A stretch of 64,000 nucleotides of DNA, from contig CAYHNU010000001.1 of assembly GCA_964358085.1 (NCBI GenBank), forward strand, positions 11,220 through 75,219, read 5' to 3'. Shown piece after piece: positions 8,865 through 16,458 of this stretch (the stretch's first letter is position 1; each line of letters begins with the position of its first letter). This DNA is from an uncultured Gammaproteobacteria bacterium (GTDB taxonomy: Bacteria; Patescibacteriota; Microgenomatia; CAZETR01; Amesbacteraceae). A program made the translations under genes and the position numbers. The notes beneath the pieces were generated by a model that had not been told where the DNA came from, did no database searches, and saw nothing but the letters and a program-made list of their open reading frames with translations.

Positions 8865-10413
8865 AATTCTGCTCATATTTATTGTTTTACTCGGGTCTGG
8901 ATTGAGATTGTTTCACTTAGGCTCTCGCCCATTGGGTTTCACTTGGGACGAAGCCGCACTCGGCTACAACGCCTACTCGCTTCTCAAAACCGGCCGTGAC
9001 GAATACGGAAAAATTTTGCCCGTGGTTCTCAAATCTTTCGGCGACTATAAACCCGGAGTTTATGCTTACCTGGCTGTTCCCAGCATCGCCACTCTCGGCC
9101 TGTCTGAATTTGCCACCCGCCTTCCCTCGGCCATTTTTGGCACCTTGCTCGTTATCGTTGTTTACCTTCTTACTCGAAACGCATTTACTGCTCTGCTTTT
9201 AGCCATCAATCCCTGGTCACTCTATTTCTCCCGTGGAGCGTGGGAAGCCAACATCGCTTTGGTTTTCACCACCCTGGGTGCCCTTTTGTTTATCAAACGC
9301 CGGTATTTAACATCGGCCCTCTTCTTTGGCCTGACATTTCTCACTTACCAAGGAGCTAAAATGTTCACCCCCTTGCTTCTGGTTTCCCTTTTTTTGATTT
9401 ACCGTCCCAATATTAAATTATTAATCAAACCCCTAATTTTCCTGTTTCTCCTGTTTCTCCCCATCCTCCTGGGTCTTGGCACCCAATCCGGCCGTTTGAA
9501 AGTCTTTAGTGTCTTCAGCTACACCCGCCGTCCTGACACCATTGTGGAAATAAAACGCCAGGACAAAAATAACCCTTTCCTTTTCACTCTCTTCGATTCA
9601 GAAATCATTGATCAGGGCAGGGGAGTGCTGCAAAGATATTTAAATCACCTCTCGCCTTATTTCCTGTTCTTCGCCGGTGATTGGCAAAACCTGCGCCATT
9701 CTGTTCCGTACTACGGTTACTTCCACCTCCCCGAAATACTGACCATTCTCATTGGCCTCGTCGTCTTACTACGAACCAATAACCAACTAACTAAGCTTCT
9801 GATAGCTTGGTTGCTTTTGGCTGCTTTGCCTTCGACTCTGTCACGCGACCTGGTCTCCGGCGTTCGCTCATTGCCCCTTCTCGTTCCGCTAATTATCATT
9901 TCCGGAATCGGCCTTGCCCAACTATTTCGTCATCGTTTCCTCTTATACTCTTACACTCTTATACTCTTGTTTTTCTTTGTTTATTATCTCGACTTATTTT
10001 ATGTTCACTCTCCCAATTTCACTGCCGCCGATATGCTTTATCCATACAAACCGGCCTTGACCCTGATTAAACAACATCTGGGGGAATATCAGCGAGTCAT
10101 TATCTCCGATAAGCTCGGCCAGCCATATATTTTTACCCTTTTTTATCTGCGCATTGACCCACTGGAGTACCAGCGTCAAAGCCAGTTGACAGCCAATCCC
10201 CAGGGGGACGTGGGCCATGTTGACCGCTTTGACCAATTTGTTTTTCGCCCGCTTTTTTTGCCCGAGGATAGGTATCTACGTTCCACAATTTTGATAGGGG
10301 ACAGATACGAGCTACCTGACCCAGATCTACCATCTATTCCCAACCTAGTCATGCTGGGGGACATTAAATATCCCAATGGCGCCCCGGGTCTGAAAGTGAT
10401 CGGTCTCAAGTGA
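8854..10413 (+). CDS. GT39/GT83-family (PMT/ArnT-like) glycosyltransferase, paralog 4
   Basis: 'WDEAALGYNAYSLLKTGRDEYG', 'FSRGAWEANIALVF', C-terminal 'QPYIFTLFYLRIDPLEYQ'. ATG at 8854 (earlier ATG at 8830 possible). Confidence 0.7.
   Translation: MKSKILLIFIVLLGSGLRLFHLGSRPLGFTWDEAALGYNAYSLLKTGRDEYGKILPVVLKSFGDYKPGVYAYLAVPSIATLGLSEFATRLPSAIFGTLLVIVVYLLTRNAFTALLLAINPWSLYFSRGAWEANIALVFTTLGALLFIKRRYLTSALFFGLTFLTYQGAKMFTPLLLVSLFLIYRPNIKLLIKPLIFLFLLFLPILLGLGTQSGRLKVFSVFSYTRRPDTIVEIKRQDKNNPFLFTLFDSEIIDQGRGVLQRYLNHLSPYFLFFAGDWQNLRHSVPYYGYFHLPEILTILIGLVVLLRTNNQLTKLLIAWLLLAALPSTLSRDLVSGVRSLPLLVPLIIISGIGLAQLFRHRFLLYSYTLILLFFFVYYLDLFYVHSPNFTAADMLYPYKPALTLIKQHLGEYQRVIISDKLGQPYIFTLFYLRIDPLEYQRQSQLTANPQGDVGHVDRFDQFVFRPLFLPEDRYLRSTILIGDRYELPDPDLPSIPNLVMLGDIKYPNGAPGLKVIGLK
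9441..9460. repeat. Perfect 10-bp x2 tandem duplication cctgtttctc in PMT-like paralog 4
   Basis: Direct read. Encodes FLFLLFL. Confidence 0.6.
9941..9969. repeat. Intragenic 8-bp tandem repeat (tcttaYac)x3.5 in PMT-like paralog 4
   Basis: tcttatac, tcttacac, tcttatac, tcttg. Encodes LYSYTLILL. Confidence 0.6.
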
Positions 10414-12005
10414 AAAATTTTTTGCTGATTCTCATTCTCGTCCTGGCATCCGTTTTACGGCTTTATAAACTTTCCTCCTATCCCGCCGGCCTGAACGCCG
10501 ACGAAGCGGCTCTGGGCTACAACGCCTACTCACTCCTTCTCACCGGAAAGGATGAGCATGGTCATCCTTGGCCGGTCAATCTGGAATCTTTTGGCGACTT
10601 CAAACCTGCCGGTTACGCGTATCTGCTTATTCCCTTTATCAAAGTTTTCGGCCTGACGGAATTCGCCGTCCGTCTCCCCTCGGCCGTCTTTGGGATATTG
10701 GGAGTGTTATTCATTTATTTATTAACTAAGGAATTAATTAACAAGGACTGTGGATTGATTGCAGCTCTTATGCTTACAATTTCGCCGTGGCACCTGCACT
10801 TCTCCCGCGGCGGTTGGGAAGTCAATGTAGCCACCACTCTCATACTTATCGGCGCCTGGCTTTTTCTTAAAAAACGCTTTGCCCTTTGCACTTTGCCTTT
10901 TGCCCTTTCTATGTACACCTACCAGTCTGCCCGCCTCATCGTTCCCCTCATGGGATTGGGTCTATTTTTTCTCTACCGCCCCAAACGAATTTTTATGGCT
11001 TTTGTTTTGGGCTTCTTACTCCTAATCCCTCTAACCTATAACCTAGTCACTACCGACGCCGCCTCCCGTTTGTCCGGCGTGGGGCTTCTGGCCGATGAGG
11101 GGCCTCTCAACCGGGCCAAGGAATTGCGCGGCCAGCATCCCGCTTGGAGCTCTCCTTTGTCCAGAATTTTACACAACCGCCCGGTTTTATATTCCATCCA
11201 ATTTTTGAAAAACTACACCGACCATTTTTTCGGCGACTTTCTTTTTGTTAACGGCGACGTTATACCCCGTAACCGCGTCCCCGAAACCGGCCTGCTCTAT
11301 TTCACCGACTTTATTTTCTTAGGGTTAGGAGCGGTTTATCTACTACGAACTATGAACCATGAACCAAGAACTAAATTGGTTTGGTTATGGCTTGCCATCG
11401 CCCCAATTGCTGCAGCTCTCACTTTCCAAACCCCCCACGCCCTCCGCGCCCAAAACATGGTCATCCCACTGACAATTATTTTGTCATTTGGCATTTATTC
11501 ATTTTTTATTGATTTAAAATTAAAAATTAAAAATTTAAAATTGTTCCGTTTAGTTATTGGAGGTTTTGTGATAGTTTATCTTTGGCAGGTGGCGCGCTAC
11601 TTGCACGAATATTACGTCCATTATCCCCAAACTTATCCATACGCCTGGGAATACGGCTTTAAAGAACTGGTGGCTTACGTGGGATCGGTTCAGGACAAAT
11701 ATGAAAAGATTTTAGTCACCGACAAATATGATCAGCCATACATCATTTTTCTCTTTTATTCCAAATACCCGCCCCAAAACTTCCAGGGCCGCCATACGCT
11801 GACTTTCCGCGACAAATACAACTTTTCCACTGTTCGTGACTACGACAAATTTCATTTTTCCGCCACCCCCTGGACAAAAGTCAGCGACATCCATTCGTCC
11901 CTCATAGTAGCCGCCCCGGAAGATATTCCCGACGTGGGTGTTAATATAGTTAAAACCATTAATTTCCCAAATGACCAACCAGCGTTTAAAATAATTAGTA
12001 ATTAA
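10410..12005 (+). CDS. GT39/GT83-family (PMT/ArnT-like) glycosyltransferase, paralog 5
   Basis: 'ADEAALGYNAYSLLLTGKDEHG', 'FSRGGWEVNVATTLI', C-terminal 'QPYIIFLFYSKYPPQNFQ'. GTG start overlapping the upstream TGA (GTGA). Confidence 0.7.
   Translation: MKNFLLILILVLASVLRLYKLSSYPAGLNADEAALGYNAYSLLLTGKDEHGHPWPVNLESFGDFKPAGYAYLLIPFIKVFGLTEFAVRLPSAVFGILGVLFIYLLTKELINKDCGLIAALMLTISPWHLHFSRGGWEVNVATTLILIGAWLFLKKRFALCTLPFALSMYTYQSARLIVPLMGLGLFFLYRPKRIFMAFVLGFLLLIPLTYNLVTTDAASRLSGVGLLADEGPLNRAKELRGQHPAWSSPLSRILHNRPVLYSIQFLKNYTDHFFGDFLFVNGDVIPRNRVPETGLLYFTDFIFLGLGAVYLLRTMNHEPRTKLVWLWLAIAPIAAALTFQTPHALRAQNMVIPLTIILSFGIYSFFIDLKLKIKNLKLFRLVIGGFVIVYLWQVARYLHEYYVHYPQTYPYAWEYGFKELVAYVGSVQDKYEKILVTDKYDQPYIIFLFYSKYPPQNFQGRHTLTFRDKYNFSTVRDYDKFHFSATPWTKVSDIHSSLIVAAPEDIPDVGVNIVKTINFPNDQPAFKIISN
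10877..10910. repeat. Intragenic 7-bp tandem repeat (ctttgcN)x4-5 in PMT-like paralog 5
   Basis: ctttgcc, ctttgca, ctttgcc, ttttgcc, ctttct. Encodes FALCTLPFALS. Confidence 0.6.
11344..11376. repeat. Motif ctacgaactatgaaccatgaaccaagaact (encodes LRTMNHEPRT) within PMT-like paralog 5
   Basis: 24 of 27 nt identical to 60661-60687. Related copy at 13756-13785. Confidence 0.7.
11516..11543. repeat. 28-bp heptad element aaaatta-aaaatta-aaaattt-aaaattg, in frame within the PMT-like gene (encodes LKIKNLKL)
   Basis: Differs from the 42937-42964 copy only at the first base of each heptad. Same reading frame. Confidence 0.8.
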
Positions 12006-12006
12006 C

Positions 12007-12843
12007 ATGAAGGACCAAAAGAAATTAGCCATATTTGAAGGGAAAAAGATTCGCCGGCATTGGAATGGTGAACAAGAAAAATGGTATTTCTCTGTCGTGG
12101 ATGTAGTATCCGCTTTAACAGATAGCATCGATCCAAGAAACTATTGGAAGGTTCTTAAAAACAGGTTAAAGAATGAAGGAAGCGAGGTGGTTACAAAGTG
12201 TAACCAACTGAAAATGCAGGCTGCAGACGACAAATATTATCTTACCGATGTAGCCGATACAGAAGTAATGTTTCGTATTATTCAGTCTATTCCTTCTCCA
12301 AACGCCGAACCGTTTAAACTCTGGTTAGCCAGGGTTGGCTATGAGCGGATCGAGGAGTCTCAAGATCCAGAACTGGCCATTAACCGGGCTTTAAAAGCCT
12401 ACCTGAGAAAGGGTTATAGCAGAGATTGGATTAACCAACGTTTAAAAAGCATTGAAATTCGAAAAGCCCTGACGGATGAATGGGAAAACAGAGGAGTTAA
12501 GGCTGGCGACGAGTTTGCCATTCTGACTGATGATATTACCTTTGCTTGGGCGGGGATAACTACCAAGCGGTATAAAAATTACAAAGGGCTTAAGAAGGAA
12601 AACCTGCGAGACAATATGACTAATTTGGAATTGGTCTTGGATATGCTGGCCGAAACGGCTACCACCGAAATTTCCCAAAAGCGTAAATCGCAGACATTTA
12701 TGGGTAATCGGCGAGTTGCGAAAGAGGGTGGAGGCATAGCCGGCAATGCCAGAAAACAGATTGAGGCCAAGACTGGCAGGAGAATTGTGAGTAAATACAA
12801 GTTTATCCCTGCAAGTGCTCGAAAAACATTAAAAAACGTATGA
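12007..12843 (+). CDS. DinD-like / BRO-N domain protein (DNA-damage-inducible protein D family)
   Basis: 278 aa. N-terminal 'FEGKKIRRHWNGEQEKWYFSVVDVVSALTDS...NYWKVLKNRL' matches the BRO-N/DinD pattern. Central 'FAILTDDITFAWAGITTKRYKNYKGLKKENL...LAETATTE' matches my recollection of E. coli DinD. Starts 1 bp after the upstream stop, and its stop overlaps the next start (ATGA). Confidence 0.55.
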   Translation: MKDQKKLAIFEGKKIRRHWNGEQEKWYFSVVDVVSALTDSIDPRNYWKVLKNRLKNEGSEVVTKCNQLKMQAADDKYYLTDVADTEVMFRIIQSIPSPNAEPFKLWLARVGYERIEESQDPELAINRALKAYLRKGYSRDWINQRLKSIEIRKALTDEWENRGVKAGDEFAILTDDITFAWAGITTKRYKNYKGLKKENLRDNMTNLELVLDMLAETATTEISQKRKSQTFMGNRRVAKEGGGIAGNARKQIEAKTGRRIVSKYKFIPASARKTLKNV

Positions 12844-13619
12844 AAAAAATAAAACTCTCCGTAGTTCTGGCCACTCACAACGAGGAGGCCAATATTGTGA
12901 GATGTCTTGAGTCGGTCAAAAACATCGCCGACGAGATAGTTATCGCTGACGAACAATCTTCGGATAAAACAGTGAAGATTGCCAAAAAATTTGCAGCCAA
13001 AGTTATCTCTGTCCCACATAACGATAACTTTCATATCACTAAAAATATCGCTATTGCGTCAGCAACAGGGGACTGGATTCTCCAACTGGATGCCGACGAA
13101 GTCGTCTCCCCCGAACTGGCCCGGGAAATCCAATCCCACCTGAAAGGTGGCCGGAAGGACTCCTTTCAGGTGAACGGCTATTGGATGAACAGAAAAAATT
13201 GGTTTTTAAATCGGTTCTTAACCAAAGGCGGTCAATACCCGGATCCCACTCTCCGCTTCTACCGCCGGGGACTAGGACACCTTCCGGCCGCAAATGTCCA
13301 CGAACAAGCTACCGTCAATGGACCGGTCGGCCGCCTCAAGCACGATTTACTTCACTATCACCACACCACCTTTTCTAAATACATGGATGGATTCAACCGC
13401 TATTCTTCTTTCGCCGCTTCTCAAATGCAAGCTCGTCATGAACCCCTTAATCTACTTAATGCACTTAATCACTTAATCCCTCTCCCCCTATTTACTTTTC
13501 TGAATATCTATTTCCGTCATCTAGGTATGGTTGATGGATATTCCGGATTTGTTTTTGCCCTCTTTTCCGGCCTCACCCATGCCGTTGCCTACATTAAATA
13601 CTGGCAAAGGTCATTATGA
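12840..13619 (+). CDS. GT2 glycosyltransferase, polyprenyl-phosphate sugar synthase-like (ArnC/GtrB-like, C-terminal TM helices)
   Basis: 'KLSVVLATHNEEANIVRCLESV', 'QLDADE' DxD-type motif, C-terminal hydrophobic pair 'LIPLPLFTFLNIYF...FVFALFSGLTHAVAYI'. Confidence 0.6.
   Translation: MKKIKLSVVLATHNEEANIVRCLESVKNIADEIVIADEQSSDKTVKIAKKFAAKVISVPHNDNFHITKNIAIASATGDWILQLDADEVVSPELAREIQSHLKGGRKDSFQVNGYWMNRKNWFLNRFLTKGGQYPDPTLRFYRRGLGHLPAANVHEQATVNGPVGRLKHDLLHYHHTTFSKYMDGFNRYSSFAASQMQARHEPLNLLNALNHLIPLPLFTFLNIYFRHLGMVDGYSGFVFALFSGLTHAVAYIKYWQRSL
13446..13477. repeat. Intragenic tandem repeat (cttaatNNN)x4 in the GT2 gene (encodes LNLLNALNHL)
   Basis: cttaat recurs at 13446, 13455, 13464 and 13472. 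Confidence 0.6.
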
Positions 13620-14605
13620 TCAAAGTCGGTTTTATTACATCTCCCCTGCACGACGCCAATGCTGCCCGCGGCGTCGGCTCCTACACCCGCCGCCTCCTAG
13701 AAAGACTCAAAGTTCAAAGTTCAAGGTTCAATATTGAGATTTTAGAAATTAAAAATGACCATGAACTACAAACTATGAACTATGAACTCGTCCACTACCC
13801 ATACTTCGACTTATTTCGGCATACCTTGCCAATTTTTAATAAATCCAAAATTGTAGTCACCCTTCACGATGTGATACCGTTGGAATTTCCTGATCACTAC
13901 CCCCCCGGTCTCCGCGGCAGGCTTAATCTGCAGTTGCAAAAATTGGCCCTGGCCAACGTAGAACGTGTCATTACCGTTTCCTATGCTTCAGTACAAGCAA
14001 TACGAAAGTATCTGCTTGTACCTCACGCTAAACTCAAACTGGTTTACGAAGCCGCCGACCCCATGTTTAAAAAGATTTCTAAACCCAAAAACAAATATCA
14101 TCTGCCCAAAAAATTCGTTCTCTACGTCGGAGATGTGAATTGGAATAAAAATATACCCAATTTAGTTAAAGCTTGTGAACAAATAAATTACCCATTGGTA
14201 ATAGTGGGTAAACAAGCAACTGAAGTAGAAAAACTGGACCTAAACCACGCTGAACTGCGGCATTTACAAGGAGTAGATTGGTCGGCCGTTATCCGCTCGG
14301 GTTTTGTGGCAGACGAAGATTTGGTACATATCTACAATTTGGCCACCGTTTACTGCCAGCCGTCCTTATCCGAAGGCTTTGGCCTGCCTGTCGTGGAAGC
14401 CCTGGCCTGCGGCACCCCTGTAGCCTGCAGCAATACTTCATCCTTGCCGGAAATAGCGGAGGATAACGCCACATATTTCAATCCCTATGACGTCGATGAT
14501 ATGTCCCAAGCTATAATTAACGCTAAGCCTCCACAAAGCAAGCCAATGTTTTCATGGGAGGAAACTGCCAAATTGACTCTGATGGTTTATCGGGAAATAT
14601 TATGA
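13616..14605 (+). CDS. GT4 (GT-B fold) glycosyltransferase
   Basis: C-terminal 'QPSLSEGFGLPVVEALACGTPVACSNTSSLPEIAED' is the typical GT4 E-x7-E region. ATGA overlap at both ends. N-terminal region carries repeat insertions (13708-13785). Confidence 0.65.
   Translation: MIKVGFITSPLHDANAARGVGSYTRRLLERLKVQSSRFNIEILEIKNDHELQTMNYELVHYPYFDLFRHTLPIFNKSKIVVTLHDVIPLEFPDHYPPGLRGRLNLQLQKLALANVERVITVSYASVQAIRKYLLVPHAKLKLVYEAADPMFKKISKPKNKYHLPKKFVLYVGDVNWNKNIPNLVKACEQINYPLVIVGKQATEVEKLDLNHAELRHLQGVDWSAVIRSGFVADEDLVHIYNLATVYCQPSLSEGFGLPVVEALACGTPVACSNTSSLPEIAEDNATYFNPYDVDDMSQAIINAKPPQSKPMFSWEETAKLTLMVYREIL
13708..13785. repeat. Composite repeat block in the GT4 N-terminus: (caaagtt)x3, then tta gaa att aaa aat core, then cat gaa cta caa act atg aac tat gaa ctc
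   Basis: Direct read. Encodes KVQSSRFNIEILEIKNDHELQTMNYEL. Confidence 0.7.
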
Positions 14606-15714
14606 AGTTTACAGCAATTCTAAAATATTTTGTCCTCTGGCAGGCGGCAATAATCATTATGGCCATTGCCGCCCAATATTCTTCCCTGCCTTTGCGGGAG
14701 ACGTATTTAGGCAGCGGTACCCAAGGGTATATGGAGAAACCTTGGTTCTACTCCCGGGAGAACTTCGACGGAATGCACTACACGTACATCGCCCGCCGGG
14801 GCTATGGCTACTCCCAACAGGCCTTCTTCCCCCTTTATCCGGCCATCATGCGCCGCATCATGACTTTGCCGATTCTCAACAACGCTGTTCTTGCTGGGAT
14901 CCTAGTCTCGGTAGTATCTTTCTTAGCCGGACTATACCTTTTTACCAAGCTCGCTCTATTAGATTACTCTCCTACAGTGATCAAGTGGACTGTTTTAGCA
15001 CTTTTGTTTTTTCCCACCAGTTTCTTCTTCACCTCCATTTATACCGAAGGTCTGTTCTTTTTCCTGACCATCGCCGCCTTTTACTCCGCCCGCACCCGCC
15101 GCTGGTTGCTGGCAGGCATATTTGGGGCCTTGGCCAGCTACACCCGCTTCATCGGCATTTTTCTCCTTCCCGCACTTCTTATCGAATGGTGGCAGCAGGG
15201 CCGCCGCTTTAGGCACTTCTTGCCTCTTCTTTTGATTCCACTTGGCCTGGGAATTTACATGAATTATCTAAATAAGACAGTAGGGGATCCGTTGGCCTTT
15301 TTCCACGTCCAGGTCAATTTTGCCCAGTTAAGAAGCGAGAAACTGATTCTCCTCTACCAAGTCTTCTGGCGTTACGTAAAAATGCTCTTTACCGTTAACC
15401 GGTCTGACCCCCTGTATTTGACCATTATCCTGGAACTTGTCACCGGAGTAGCCTTTCTAGCCACCACTGTCTACTCTTTCATCAAGCACCGTCTATCCTA
15501 CGCCGTCTTCAACTTCCTAGCCTACCTCACTCCCACTCTTACCGGTAGCTTCACATCTTTGCCCCGTTACGTCCTCCTCTGTTTCCCGTCGTTCTTGCTT
15601 ATCGGCGAATTATCGTCCCGCTCTCCCTTGGCTCGCAAGATCATTTTCGGCACCTTCGCCCTGGCCTTCATTATTTTTCTCTCCCTCTTCGCCCGGGGAT
15701 ATTGGGTATCATAA
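14602..15714 (+). CDS. GT-C membrane mannosyltransferase candidate, PIG-V (GT76)-like
   Basis: Multi-TM. 'FDGMHYTYIARRGY' resembles the conserved WDxxHYLxIAxxGY motif of the PIG-V/Mannosyl_trans2 family. ATG at 14602 overlaps the upstream TGA. Confidence 0.45.
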   Translation: MKFTAILKYFVLWQAAIIIMAIAAQYSSLPLRETYLGSGTQGYMEKPWFYSRENFDGMHYTYIARRGYGYSQQAFFPLYPAIMRRIMTLPILNNAVLAGILVSVVSFLAGLYLFTKLALLDYSPTVIKWTVLALLFFPTSFFFTSIYTEGLFFFLTIAAFYSARTRRWLLAGIFGALASYTRFIGIFLLPALLIEWWQQGRRFRHFLPLLLIPLGLGIYMNYLNKTVGDPLAFFHVQVNFAQLRSEKLILLYQVFWRYVKMLFTVNRSDPLYLTIILELVTGVAFLATTVYSFIKHRLSYAVFNFLAYLTPTLTGSFTSLPRYVLLCFPSFLLIGELSSRSPLARKIIFGTFALAFIIFLSLFARGYWVS

Positions 15715-16458
15715 ATGAATACAGCTGATTTATCGGTGGTCATGCCGGTATATAAACAAGAAAATAAAGTGGTGCTGTATCTTAAAAATTTGGATAAAAT
15801 TTTGGCAGAATTAAACATAAACTATGAAATTATTTGTGTAGTTGATGGTTTTTTAGATAATACTTTTAAAAATGCAAAAAAATACATTAATAAAAGAATT
15901 AAAGTAATTGGTTATGAGAAAAACCAGGGTAAAGGTAACGCGGTTAGATTTGGAATGTCACACGCGAAAGGAAAGATAATAGGTTTTGTAGACGGAGGAT
16001 TTGACCTTAAATATACATCGATTCCCTTAGCTTTGAAACACATGAAGTGGTATGACGCGGATATTATTATTGGGTCCAAACGCCATCCAGCATCCAAAGT
16101 AGCATATCCCTGGCAAAGGCGAATTTTGTCCTGGGGATATCAGATAGGAGTGAGGTTGTTATTTGGAATTAATATCCGGGATTCACAAGTAGGCATTAAG
16201 TTTTTTAAACGCGAAGTGATAAAAAAAATAATGCCTAAACTTTTGATAAAGGAGTTTGCTTTTGATATCGAAATGTTAGCGGTTGCCAACAGAATGGGCT
16301 TTTCCCGGATTTATGAATTTCCTATTGAATTGGAATTAGAATTTGGCACATCTTCAATTGCATCAATTGGTTTTTTTAAAACTGTTTGGAACATGCTGTG
16401 GGACACCTTGGCCGTCTTTTACCGTCTGGAAATCCGGCACTACTACGACGATGTGTAA
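15715..16458 (+). CDS. GT2 glycosyltransferase (short, DPM1/GtrB-like)
   Basis: 'LSVVMPVYKQENKV', 'VVDGFLDNT', 'GKGNAVRFGMSHAKG', 'FVDGGFD'. 247 aa soluble GT-A. Confidence 0.6.
   Translation: MNTADLSVVMPVYKQENKVVLYLKNLDKILAELNINYEIICVVDGFLDNTFKNAKKYINKRIKVIGYEKNQGKGNAVRFGMSHAKGKIIGFVDGGFDLKYTSIPLALKHMKWYDADIIIGSKRHPASKVAYPWQRRILSWGYQIGVRLLFGINIRDSQVGIKFFKREVIKKIMPKLLIKEFAFDIEMLAVANRMGFSRIYEFPIELELEFGTSSIASIGFFKTVWNMLWDTLAVFYRLEIRHYYDDV

Noticed and set aside
12007-12843. DinD/BRO-N gene as a marker of a prophage or mobile element
   Set aside because: No integrase, transposase, capsid or terminase ORFs and no flanking inverted or direct repeats are in the window. I treated it as an isolated inserted gene rather than calling a mobile element.
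6751-13790. Short direct repeats that might suggest a CRISPR array
   Set aside because: Units are 7-16 bp, irregular, without spacers of uniform length, and lie entirely inside long ORFs. No cas genes are in the window.
14742-15212. 156-aa plus-strand ORF in an alternative frame inside the PIG-V-like gene
   Set aside because: It is fully nested in a longer ORF with clear membrane-protein features, and its Pro/Arg/His-rich translation is typical of an off-frame artefact.
16343-16450. N-terminal extension of the exported-protein ORF ('MAHLQLHQ...')
   Set aside because: It overlaps the upstream GT2 gene by more than 100 bp. The ATG at 16451 yields a canonical signal peptide and only an 8-bp overlap.
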